Shown piece after piece: positions 46,320-58,115 of a stretch of DNA of 64,000 nucleotides. The DNA comes from Marsupella aquatica (lineage: Eukaryota > Plantae > Marchantiophyta). Each line of letters opens with the position of its first letter. Within the stretch, counting starts at the first letter, position 1. The position numbers and the translations under genes were made by a program. Under the pieces are notes generated by a model. The model made no database searches, was not told where the DNA came from, and worked only from the letters and a program-made list of their open reading frames with translations. The stretch spans positions 3,245,455 through 3,309,454 of the forward strand of contig OZ316899.1 in the NCBI GenBank assembly GCA_973895155.1. The letters are read 5' to 3'.

Positions 46320-48076
46320 TCAGGTAGAAACGCGATAGCACTCGTCGTCCGCGTGCGTTCCCATTTGCTCGACTGCCTCTATGAGATCGATCCATTCGGT
46401 GGAGTCATCCTGCCATTCCATTGTTACCATTTGTACTACTGCATCCGTAATTGGTGGGGCCGCAGGTTGAGCAGCTCTGACGGCGCCGGCCTTCGCGGCT
46501 AGCACCAAGGGGCAGTTTGACGTGGAATGTGCTTCGGTTCGACAGACCTGGCACAATGGAAGCGCTCTCCCATCCCCTTGCTTCCTTTGCTCCGTGCACT
46601 CTCGGGCAAAGTGACCAGGTTTCTCGCAATTATAGCAAACCGGGGTCCGCCAAACTCCGGGTTTAGGTGGGATACTTGGATTGCTGACCATCTGGGGGCC
46701 ACGCCCATTTACCGGATACGGATAAGGGGTATGGAACCCTGGATTGTGGCCGCTTAGGGTGCGAGGTCCTGTCATACTCATCTGGAACACCGCCTCACCT
46801 GGATCCTCGAAGAAGTACTCCATCGTGCATCCCTCTGGCTCGGACTGTCTGGCTTGGACTGTCCGGGCTCCAACTCCATCTGGTGCACGCGAGTGTTCCA
46901 TCTTGGACATTCTTGCACCACATGTCCCGACTGATAACACTTGGAGCACCAAGCATGCGCTCGGATTTCCGGTGGTTTCTTCTTGTCCGGAGGTTTTTCC
47001 GCCAAGTGCACCGATAGTGCCTTCAGCCGGTCTGTGATTTCGTTCAGCTTTTCTACCTCCGCAGCCTTTGGGTCCGTGGTGACGACTTTGGCTCGCGGTT
47101 TATGTTTACCCGTATCTGACCGTGATCCCTTCTTTCTTCTGTGGTCTCGAGACTCTGACTCGGTCTCGCTGGAGGATGAGCCAGTTGACGTCAGGCTATT
47201 GGACAGGGAATTACTAGACTCTGAATCAGAGTCTGACGAAGAGCTGGTCCGGCCCTTCTTCTTATGTCGTCGTTTCTTCTTCCTCTTCTTCTCGTCGTAC
47301 TCAGGGTCGGAGTCGCTGAAGGTATGATACCTCCTGCTCTTCTTATGTTTGGTCCTCCTATTAAGCTGAGAGGCGTAGTGCGATTCCCTGAAGGATTTGG
47401 CACTATCAATTGCTTGTTGTAGAGTGGTGGTCTTCTTTTCTAGCACCGAGAATGCCATCCTCTGGGGTAGCGCGTTGACGAACCATTTCCTCAGCAGAGA
47501 GTCATCTGGCTTAGGCCGAATCTTGGCGGCAACCTTCTGGAACCGCTGCAGAAATTTGCAAAGTGAGTCATGCTTACCCATTTGCATTCGCCCGATTTTT
47601 GACAGGGCCCGAGATTCGATCACGACGGGCCGAAATTCTTGCAAGAACGCCGTTTGGAACTGGCCCCATGTACAACCCGGGGGTTGTAAGTTATACCACG
47701 GGCGCGCTTCTCCTCGTAGTACGCCTGGAAGAATGGTTAGCTTAATGGCTTCCTCACCATTCGCCTTGGCCGTGGCCTCGAACTCAGCTATCCATTCATC
47801 AGGGTCGTCTGTGGGTCGTCCCTTAAAGGGTCGATAGTGAAACCGGGATCGTTGCGACACGTTCTGAGCCGCAGGGGGCCGCAACGCACCTGGTACCTGC
47901 GGGGCTGGTGGAACCGGTGGAGTTCCTCCCGCGATCGGTGCTTGGGTACCCATCACAACACGCGATCCTGCTTGGGAAGCCGAGCTCCCCGCTTCGCCGG
48001 TCGCGGTATTCTCTTCCAACCTTGATGCTCCGTCCGGTTGTTGTAAATACGCAGAACGTGACCGGGTAAGGGGCAT
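46320..48076 (-). pseudogene. gag: Gag with Ser/Lys-rich tract and three Cys-His knuckles; one frameshift near 46850 and an in-frame TGA before pol
   Basis: DDPDEWIAEFE...LRGEARPWY; CSKCYQSGHVVQEC, CYNCEKPGHFAREC, CQVCRTEAHSTSNC. The TGA at 46320-22 is in frame with the pol ATG 28 codons later. Confidence 0.92.
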
Positions 48077-48155
48077 GCCCCTTCCTTCACGTCGAGTACA
48101 AAATCAAAAGTTACTAGCTCACTACACGGCTCCACTCGTAAGGCGAAATGAGTGC

Positions 48156-48173
48156 CCCCTCCATCTAGCGCCA
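48156..48173 (-). promoter_or_regulatory. Primer-binding site, tRNA-Asn type
   Basis: Minus strand TGGCGCTAGATGGAGGGG has 1 mismatch to the complement of the plant tRNA-Asn(GUU) 3' end as I recall it (TGGCGCTAGAAGGAGGGG); 17-nt spacer from the LTR. Confidence 0.8.
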
Positions 48174-48190
48174 AAAAACCGGTCGCCGTA

Positions 48191-51100
48191 TGTCGCACCC
48201 CTACCCTGGGCCTTAAATCCGGGTTAGTGTCATGGTGCGACCTCGACCACCAGTAGGGGTGAGGGTTCGGGCAAGGAGGTGTGTAGTGACCTTCAATAGC
48301 CCTAAGTCGGGCTAAGCCGCTATACTTACTGGTATAACACTCGCATAATTCGTACTTGTCATAGGTATATTTATTTTCCACCGCTGGAATTTTCCCTCAG
48401 TTAGTGACGCGGACTAACTCCCGACTTGGGGCTTTTCAAGCCATCGACATGACAGGACCTTGTGACATGCAATGAGCGGCAATCCCTACCATTAGTCCGC
48501 ACCCGGTACGTCCCTTAAAATGGCGCCTTTGCCCGGACAAAGCATACACACAACACCAGTTACTCTCAGAAACATTAAGGGGAAAAGACTACATTTACTC
48601 AGCGAAGCATCAGTTTACATGGTTGACTCGACTTCAAAGGGGGTCAGCAGGCCCAACGGCAGTCGATGCCCAGTCTCTACGAGGCCCTGCCTCGCACTTG
48701 CCCAGCAAGCTCGACTCTGGCTCTCACTCCTTGGTACGCTCTGACCCTACTCAGGCCGGGACTCCCCATGCCTCGCCTTTCTTCTGCTGAGATAACTAAG
48801 CCTTCTCCCCCTTCCCATCGCGGAAGGGGAAGCCTAAATACTACCATAGCGGAAGAGAACCGGAGGATACTACCTTCCGGGGTACTACCTACTGACTAAC
48901 TAACTGCTGACTACCGGTCGCGCTGCACTGACCGGTTGACCGTCGACTACGAGTGTGCCAACCGGAATGGCAGCAGCCAAGCCTACTGACAAACTCTAGT
49001 CCGTTGATGGACTCAATCCTACGTTGGCTGATCCTAACTGACCGGCCCTAATTCTTCCTACTGCCGCTAATCGGCGCCTAATGACAGTCATTCTGTCGTT
49101 ACGCCTAACTAAAAGATGCCGCTGACTTAACCGCTTCGCGCGGCGCCTGCTTCTACCCTTCGCTAACTACCCCTTACGTGTGTGCAGTGGTTGGACCAGG
49201 GCTGGTCCCCTTGTCGGGGCGAGACCTCAAGCCGCCTTGATCAGAGGTGGGCCCAGGTTTTCCCCGCTGGAGGATGAGCAGGGTGACGCGGTCCTGCAAA
49301 GCCTTGTTGTCCCGTAATGCTTCCTCCGCCTCGTTTGCAGCTTCGTCGGCTTCAGTCTGGAGCCGCGCCACCTCCAAGTTGAGCTGGTCGATGGCGTGGC
49401 GATGGACCTGGTCCTGCGCTAGCAATTTATCTCGTTCGGCGGAGAGACTAGCCACCTGTTGTGCTGCCTGCAGGAATTGTTTGTTGAGGTCGGTCAGGTT
49501 GGTAACCCGAGCCAAAGATTCTGAGCGTAATTGAAGCACGGTGTCGTCCAGCTTCTTGAGTTCGGCCTGCGCTCCGCTTAACTCCTGGGTTAGTCCGTCC
49601 CTCTGTTCGACAGTGCGGACTAAATCCTCGCGGCGGGTCGTTGCCTCCTCCTCGAGGTGCTCCACCAGCATCTGGAGACGCCCGATCTCATTCCCCTTCG
49701 CCATGAGTTCTTCTTCCAAGCGGCTGACGATCCGTGGTTGGTGCTCTAACATGAAGAAGGCTGGCTGAAAGTACGCCGAGACTTGTTGTCCGATGTATGT
49801 CGCCAACTCCCCAGACATAGTCTGGCTAAACTTCTGGACCAGGTCGTAGGCCATGGTCCCCGGGGCTACTTGGTAGTCCTCCATCCTCTCGGGTACCGGT
49901 GGTTCCTCGGCAGGGGCAACGAGCTCCTTCGTAGTCAGCGCTGGGGAGGGGAAGGTTTCTTCAGGTGGTGGAGGGATTGGGGGTGGTTGTACTGCAGGTA
50001 GCGGAGGCTCAACGGAAGGAGGCGGTGGAATTTCCACAGGGGGCGGTTGTGGAGTATTAGTCGGGGCTTCCGGCTCAGGGTTTGTCCGAGGAACAGTAGT
50101 CCGCGTAGTCGGGGTTGCCTCCTCTGGGGCGGGGGTGACATTACCCGGGGCTGAGGTGGCCGTATTCTTTCCTCTGGCCTCCCGCCGTGCCTTGTACCAG
50201 GCGAGGATAATGGCGATATGACTCCCCAAGTAAGTCTTCCCTCCAATAGCCATACCACCCTGAGCCCGCTTAAGCTCCCCCGAGAATCTTCGGTAGAAGA
50301 ATTGGGCCCAGTTTCATCGTTTGTACTGTTCCACCTGCACTATCGTGCAGAGGAAAATCTCGGATCGTGGCTCAATCATGTGTAGGGTAGTCTGTATGAA
50401 GTTAAGCCGCTCCATACAGGTTAAGTTGGTGCACGCCCCCTGCTTGTATCCGTTGTCCGTCTTACCCTCGGGTTTGAAGTGCCGCGGCGTATACTCCTTA
50501 TCCCGAATTTGGATTTCCACCGGCACCGGCCCGGTTGGTAGGCCGAAAATTTGCGTTAACCGATGCTCCGTGAGTGATAAGGTCTGCCCCGAAACCTTGG
50601 TGGTTGACGCATCAGTATCGAAATTGGAGATGAACTCACAAATCTCCTTCGGCCCGGCGGCGCACGGCCTCCATAGTAAGTGGGCGAACCGCTCCAACTG
50701 ATGCTCCTTGAGATAGTCCGCATGTTCGAGTTTCTTGATCGCGATCCAGACTACCTCGGGGACACGGATTACCTGTAATAAGTTGGACTTCGGGTTATCC
50801 GGGGGCCGTCGGGTCTGGTTGGTCGGGGGGTTTGCCGGGGCAGGTGCAGGCGCGGCGTCGGTCCATGTTGATTCGGGGGCCGTCGTAGTCCTTGACCGCT
50901 TACGAGGACGCTGTTCCAGTTGCGGACTAGCTCGCTCGGAACCTGAAGAACACTCCGCGTTGATTACTGGACGGACTTGGGACTGGTTCGGCGGTACTCC
51001 GGTGGTCATCGGTTGAGGCGCTGGGGTAGCCATATCCCAGTTGAAGGCGTTGGAGCTTTCCCCGAGGAACGTGAGATTACGCGCCGCTTCCCGTTGTCTT

Positions 51101-52028
51101 CTGATGTCTTCTTGGCGCTTTTCGGCTGCGATCTGCTGGTCTAGGTACCCCGGAATCTTGTCAAACTCCGCTTGAGTAAGCCGCTGGTTGCCCTTCAGCT
51201 TAAAGAACTTAGCTGGAACCTCAAGAATCGCCTCTGCTACCGATCTAAGCCCTTCCTCGCTGAGATATAGTTCGGTGATGTAGTCTCGCAGCTCGTTATA
51301 GCTAGAATCCCTGGTGATGGCTGTCCTTTCGCAATTAACCAGTGCTACCTTGGTTACCAGCTTCGCGTACCTTCGTTCGTAAGCGGCTTTCTCGGGGCAA
51401 GAGTACCAGTAAGTCTCGGAGAACTTAGCACCTACCTCGCCAAACAAGGTCCAAAATCCCAAGGCTGTGAGGGTCATACTAACCTCGTAGTCCGGTTTGT
51501 TGCGTCCACGTTCCCACCTGGCTGGTCCTTTTTTGCGGAGGCCTCGCTCGTCCTGACTAAATCTCGCCACATTCCGCTCTTCTCCCTCGATAATTTCCTC
51601 GTAAAGGTCGACTGGATTCAATCAAAAAGGCGAGCGGATGGCAGCGTCCGTGAATTCCAAAAAGGTAAACGTGAGCGAATGGCCCGCAGTGCCATCGGCT
51701 CCTCTCTTATGGGGGTGCCCGGACGAGCCCGAGCGTGAGAAGGTCAGGCCGTTTGGTCATTGATAACGAGCTGAAGTCGGCGTCTCGGTCCAAGCGTGAT
51801 TCTTCTAACTGATTTTTACTCCGCTGCCGCCACCGTACCTCGGTCGTGCGTAATAATCCCTTTCCTGAACTCGTAATTATTCGGTTATCTTAACCTACTC
51901 CTAATCTAATCATAATGGCAACTTGACGGCTATACGTGCTATTCTACGCTATGGCTACGGTCCTAATGACCGTATAAGTCATAATCTACGACCTGGGTTT
52001 GGTCAAGTGACACGTTACCCGTGTCACA
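48191..52028 (-). repeat. 5' LTR (3838 bp)
   Basis: Pairs with 38264-42101; flanked by the PBS and the TSD. Confidence 0.97.
49174..51621 (-). pseudogene. LTR-borne ~815-codon accessory gene (5' LTR copy), split only by the shared in-frame TGA at 50314-50316
   Basis: ORFs 50314-51621 (435 aa) and 49174-50253 (359 aa) are in the same frame. Confidence 0.88.
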
Positions 52029-52663
52029 CTCTTACAACGATGAGCTGGCGTGTAAAGCTGACAATCCACCTGCACTAGAGGTTTGTTGTCATTCAAAGCG
52101 GCCTGGTTCAATCTCCGTGCATTCAATTCGACGAGCACTCTGAGATAAATACTACATAGAGTCCATGCTCATCTTGAAAACGCCAATGATTTATGTTTTT
52201 GCAAATTGATTCGGTCGTATGGTCACCAGAAACGATCCGTCCACTCTATGGTTGTTGGAAGTCAGACTTGCCGATGGTGTAACTGGCCCTTTATTTGACC
52301 TTTGTTCAAATGTTCCTTCTCATCTTGAAGTCAAGATCTCCGACCATGACTATTGTCTGCAAGCCCCTGTCAGAGGCATCTACAGACTTGGCACATGTAG
52401 GCTAAAATAAGCTTGTTATGAAATCTGGTTTCTCCTCTGATATTGTGAATGTTAGCTCATGATAAATTCTCACCGTCTATCACTGTCAAACTACGCTAGC
52501 TACCGTGGTTGTAACCTATGAACTTTAAGTCGTCTTGTGTCCTCAAAGTATATGTTGCTCATCGGGTTGAGACAGAGACTAGAAAGCACCCCTTCAATCA
52601 ACGCCCGATGCCTTGACAATTGCATACACACCGACAAAGTATGTGACACAAGGATTAACCAGT

Positions 52664-52694
52664 CCCCTCCCTCCCCTCCCCTTCCCTCCCCTCC
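52664..52694. repeat. Polypyrimidine (CCCCT-type) simple repeat
   Basis: CCCCTCCCTCCCCTCCCCTTCCCTCCCCTCC. Confidence 0.9.
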
Positions 52695-53073
52695 AATTTC
52701 ATTCACCGGGAATCATCAGCCGTAGTGGCTGGAGCAACAATACTGGCAAGAAGGGACCCTATCGCTTACGCAACCTTCCCACAAGAGAATTAAAAAAATC
52801 AAATTCGCTGACCATTTAGACTCAAGGGAGGCACAACGACACGAGAAGCCTGTCATCTCAGTTAGACAAGTCAAGCAAAGAAGAACCTCATTGGCCGGGA
52901 TGTACCTCACAAACCAAATTACAGGACCCGTGAATTCTTGAGGCCGTCCCCATGCACCCACCCGCCCATTTCTCCCTATCGTATAATTATACGATTATAT
53001 CCTCCCTCCAGTCCTCCGTCCTCAAAATTCAACCTCGCAGTAGCCTACAATAGCATCCTCGAGCTTGCCGGAC

Positions 53074-53097
53074 CAGAAGCAGAAGCAGAAGCAGAAG
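53074..53097. repeat. (CAGAAG)4 microsatellite
   Basis: Four tandem hexamers. Confidence 0.95.
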
Positions 53098-55987
53098 ATT
53101 GTTAGATCCTACTCTCCCTTGAAAAATATCTTTTATTGGCCACAGTTTGTCGCTTCTCTCTGCGCAATGTGAGGCTCACACGACATGTCCCGGTTGGTTT
53201 TTGGCTTCCCTAGATCCCTTGATTGCATCAATCCATCCATCCGTCTGTCCCTTCGGCAATTCATTTGCCGAGTGCTCAATCAATGCTGCAAGAGACTCAT
53301 GAACATTTTTGAAGGATTTCCGCTTCACTTGATACTCCAAAGGATGTATACCTATAAACACACGGCTTCCGTAAGCATATTTTGGATGCATGTAGGTAGG
53401 GCCTTAAAGAATTTGCCTGCCCTCAAAATGTCTCTAGATTAAAGTTGGAAAGAATGATGTAAAGCGTGTTGGAGCCCGAGGCACTAGTACAATCCATACA
53501 TTGGAGGCAATGATCGCAAATCAGCAGCAAAGGAGCATGAATGCTACAATGAGTGACAAACTCACAATCATTGCACCAAGCGCAGCCAAGTCTTCTTCAT
53601 CTTCTTTCCTCATCGTTCCTTGTCCTCCTTCCTCGATCCATATCAAAAGTGACGAGTGCGCGCATTTGTTATTTCCTTTTCTCCATGCTCTCCAACAATA
53701 ATCAACCCTGCGGTCTTCAGAATAATTAACGTGCTTTAGAAGACAACCTTTGTCAATCCGGGCCGTCGAGAGGGAAGGGAGGGCACTAGGGGATGAAAGA
53801 GTCATCACGGGAGTGATCGAGATCCAAGTTTGACCAAACCTGCATGCCTGTTAGGCACTTTCCAGCCAACACTGTCTTGAATCATTCATCCTCTTGACTG
53901 GATGGCCGGGACAACATTTGACTTTGATTGCCAGCTGAGAATACTTCTTTCCATCTTCCATCATCCACAAAGATGTTGCAGAAATGCACTAAAGAGATCA
54001 AAGAGGAAGGCTTGACCTACTTCACTAATTGTGCCCTCACAGAAGGGACAACAACTTTACTGCCTGCAAACCCCTCCAACAGCGTGTCCATCTCTCTATC
54101 TTCAGCGCCTCCAACTGTATGCCTGAAGTTTTACAAGACAAGGTTTAGAATGACAATTATTCAACAGCCAGGAAATCAGAACGCTCAAATGCCTAGAGAA
54201 TCAAGTATTCAAAATCTGTATTACTATCCTGCTCCGAACCTATCCAATGCGTGGCGTGTTACCATCATCTCATAGGTTTATTGGTAATTTAATCAAAGAA
54301 TATCACCAAAACAGTACAAAATAGCGTACCACACTTATGCATGGCAGTGTGCTTCTACTACAACTTATTGCGGAGGTCCACCGAGATTGTAACCAATTGA
54401 AACATATATCCTCCAGAGAACACAAGTCCCGTGTTTAACCATCGATGAATAACAGGAACATCAATACTTATGAAAACTTTAATAAGGCCAAAGTAGACGA
54501 AGCTGTTCTCATGTTAGGCTGCAGATTGCCTCTTCGACAGTGCCCCTAATCCCAAGATGATGGCCAAGGATTGTAAGGCTCTCTGCCCAAGTTGTTCTGT
54601 CAAGCGTAGTAAGCCTTGCAGTTTTTCTGGTGGTCACAAGAGGGACAAACTAGCTTCATTTGTGAAATGTTCAACGAGTATGACCATGTCCAGCTTCCTT
54701 GATGTGTAAGAGGGTCGATGATCTCATATAACCAAGGTAAACTCTATTTTTTTGTGCCTCTGGTTTTTTCAAAATGACTAGCCCGGCCTCCAACCAAAAT
54801 GTACGCACTTCAATGTGACATACTTCGAAGTGTGGATAAATTTTCTGCAATTCAAGAAGTCTCTGAAAGTATTGCTTACTCTAATGAACAGGGCTCTAAC
54901 CTCATAATGTTCATTTGGTCTCCTTCCCAATGAAACGGATTACAATTTTGATTTTCTTTGTCACATAGCAATCAGAATGCGCACCTCTTTGTATTAATGT
55001 TTGCTTGTCCTCTTGTCCGTCTCATTGATAGGAATTTTGGAAAGCTCTGCCGTATTATCCTCGCTGAAACTAATTTGAATTGAGGATATTAAATAAGCCT
55101 CTACACACCAGACCATGATTGTTTTGGACAAGAAGTTCCAAAGTAGATCAAAGCCGATAAGATTACTTACTCTTTGATAGGAATTGGGTGTCTTCTCTGA
55201 AGAATCTCAAAGTAAATCCATTCTATTAATACTGGCATTACACCGAGAAAGAAAGCCACCTATGTACCAACACAACGATGACAAAATTAGTGAAAAACAC
55301 AGATGAGACCAAGATGGACATCCAAACCGATGGAAAAGTGAACAAGATGACCTGTCAAACTGAGAGAAAGCCACTCTCAATGTGAAATGGGCCAGCATTG
55401 TAAGAGACTTGAAAAGCAAACATTAGAAACGGTGACGTTGGCAGCATTCAGTTGATTGCTTATTTTCACAGCACTCAAAGCTTCGCTCCCGCGGCCAGGC
55501 GTAGCTTGCAAGACTAAGTTTTCCTGCAGCGTAATTTGTTCACCAAGCTTCCCTGACGCCAAGATACTTCTTCGTTCACCTTTGCCCGTCCTGTCCGCAC
55601 AACAAGAGTCCCACACCAAACTACAAGAGAGACACACTCCAAATCTGGAACAACTTCATAGACCCTGGCACGCCCATGGAGCAAGATCACAGCCTTGCGC
55701 AATCTTCTCCCGTGCTTCTCATGGTCATCAGGTATCTATCCATTGCTCCCGTCTCTGGAGCCTCTCGTCCGCCTGTCTCTTCGTTCTTTCAATTGACCTA
55801 TTAGATGGGGAGCCGTGCGATGATGTTGCTTTCCTCAATTCTTTCCTTGATTCAGGTGATGATGCTGCTTTCCTTGGGGGTTAGAGTTTGTATTTTCTAT
55901 ACCAAAAGGAGGTTATCTTTGTGTAAATTGTCATAGGTTTTCTCAACCTTGTCGACTACGGAAGTCCGCAACTTTCAGTCTCCTCAC

Positions 55988-56055
55988 GGAGAAACGGAAA
56001 GGAAAGGAAAGGTTAAGGAAGGGAAGGAAAGGAAAGAGAAAGGAAGGGAAAGGGA
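55988..56055. repeat. Polypurine (GGAAA-type) simple repeat
   Basis: GGAAAGGAAAGGAAAGG...GGAAGGGAAAGGG. Confidence 0.9.
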
Positions 56056-56759
56056 TGACATGACGGCGAGATAGAATGGTAAGGACAATCCAACCTTTAC
56101 AGTAAAGCTTACTATAGTGGGCTATAAGTACTTGTCATTATTGGAAAACTTTACTGTAACTAGGGTGCTGACATCCACAACCAGGGTCCCTTTATGTGCC
56201 ATTGTTTGTGAATGATGCAAAGATGTTTTAACAAAGTTGTAGTGATTATTGGCCAAAATCATAGTCCCATATATATGTATAGATCTTACAAAGTTTTTTG
56301 CTAAGTGGAATGTCCGTGTGCCACGTAACCCCCTCTGGGATTACATCCCATTACCCCCTCTTGGGGATGGGTTACCCTACACCAATTGTAACCCTGTCTA
56401 ACCATTGTATGACGCTTATTGTAAGTACTGTAGGCCTCCTGAGCCAAAGTAAGTCATATCTAAGGAGAATTAAAGAAGTTCTGGAACAAAGAGATCAAAT
56501 CGACGAGGTCTTTGGAAAAAAATGAATGAATGTAGTCATGATTGTTGTAAGCAGCAAAGCGGTCATGGCAACGTGAGTGAGATTTGTTGTCGGCTATGAA
56601 CTGCGTGTGAAGAAAATTATTGCCGAATCAAGTCCACAGACGAACGAATGGATGGGAGGAAATTGTAGATCGGCCGAGGGAGTGTTTGGATATTGATTCC
56701 TAAACTGGATACCGTGATACTGGCACTAAAAGAATCCGAGGTGAACTGAGACCGCAATA

Positions 56760-57042
56760 TGTGACTCATTTTGGCTCATGTGACTTCATTGTGACTCAAC
56801 ATGACTTGACCCACGCTGTGACGGTTGGAGTTGCAAAAGTTGAGACCAAAAAATGGAAGTCACTATTGATACTGGGCTTTGCAACTTGCTTGATACCCAT
56901 TTGTGACTGATCTGTGACTTTATTGTGGAGTCTAGCCTTGTTTCTACGTGACTGCAATATGACTTTAACGAGTCATATGGTAAGTCACATACATGACTTA
57001 CCCGCATTCAACAACGACTAGCGTGTGACCATTTAGTGTCAC
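56760..57042. repeat. Cluster of GTGACT/AGTCAC-like motifs in both orientations
   Basis: More than a dozen (G/A)TGACT, GTGAC or GTCAC copies in ~280 bp. Confidence 0.7.
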
Positions 57043-58010
57043 ATGAGAGACCAATGGAGACCCTGGCCCAGGTCACACAACAGAACCATTTGGGACTCTA
57101 TATACTCATGTTTATAACTAATAAGGTTCACATGCAAGTTGTAACCATGACTAATGAACACAGAGGGACAGTTCATAAGGAGAGAGAGCACTCCACATTA
57201 CAATACATAGAAACTTGATGTTATAACTTTAGAAATATAACACATTGAATACAAGAAATGAACATAGCATGAATGACATCCACATGACACAAAGCATCAT
57301 ATAAGCAGATCCTACATAAAACATTCATAAGAATTAAACAGAATCACAATCTTGCTCAAAAATCTAGATCATTTGAATTCCAATGGAATAGTTTGCAATG
57401 TGATCAATGTAATTCAGACAAAACAAGAACTCATAATTGATGACTACAGGATAAGATAACTGAAAGCACATGCATGATACTATGAATCTCCAAGAGGACA
57501 TGATTCTTGTACTCCTTGACATCTAAAATCTACATAACATGACTCACACTACAAACAAATAACGGCATGACATTGTTATGGATCCTCTATGAACTTGCTT
57601 GGCCATAATACCAAAGAACCTGCAGCATCTCCAAGTGTCTTCTGAGGAGGATGTGACGCCGCCGGTACGGCGGTTAATGAGTGATTCGGTCTAACTACGC
57701 TCGGCACGCACGTTAGGAGTGTCTTAGGCCGCTATTATTAGCATAACGACAGTATTTAGGTAATCATTATGGGTAGGATATCATTAGACAATAAGGGGGA
57801 ATTCAGGTTCGGACTGGCAGCTGGTCGCTATTCGCACACCCGGGTTACGAGCGTGGAGGGGCCCCTCCCTCGGGTCCGTATAACAAACTTAAGGAAGCGG
57901 CCACTGACACGCGCTGACTCAGACCGGCGGAGTGGCCGGCACACCACAAGCGTGAGCGGTTCAGCCTATGGGCGTCGAGGAGACGTCGGGGGATCGACAA
58001 GCCCTCAAGG

Positions 58011-58017
58011 TATAAAA
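58011..58017 (+). promoter_or_regulatory. Candidate LTR TATA box
   Basis: TATAAAA 360 bp into the LTR, followed by GGGGAGCC and a pyrimidine-rich initiator-like stretch; ~100 bp upstream of the LTR-borne ORF. Confidence 0.55.
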
Positions 58018-58115
58018 GGGGAGCCAACCCTTTGTAGTGCACCAGTCCATCAGTCCACGCGCCAGCTTCGACCCTAGCTCTCTCGTTTGCTCTAAGTCGC
58101 CACTATCTCCTCTGA

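Larger units (their letters stand above)
38264..52028 (-). mobile_element. Full-length non-chromovirus Ty3/Gypsy (Athila/Tat-like) LTR retrotransposon, 13,765 bp
   Basis: Two 3838-bp LTRs (38264-42101, 48191-52028), TSD CTCTT (38259-63, 52029-33), tRNA-Asn PBS, PPT, and gag-pol on the minus strand. Confidence 0.98.

Noticed and set aside
46320-46322. Programmed stop-codon readthrough between gag and pol
   Set aside because: The homologous codon in the second family is Arg (VSTRAER), the context lacks known readthrough signals, and CGA>TGA is the commonest lesion here.
53482-53493. CACTAGTACAAT, a 12-bp match to the CACTA TIR at 28644
   Set aside because: No subterminal repeats, partner TIR or TSD found; treated as chance or an unverifiable relic.
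53176-55884. Possible host gene (PPR, F-box or channel-like) among the short ORFs
   Set aside because: No motif could be matched convincingly by eye and all frames are interrupted; left unassigned.
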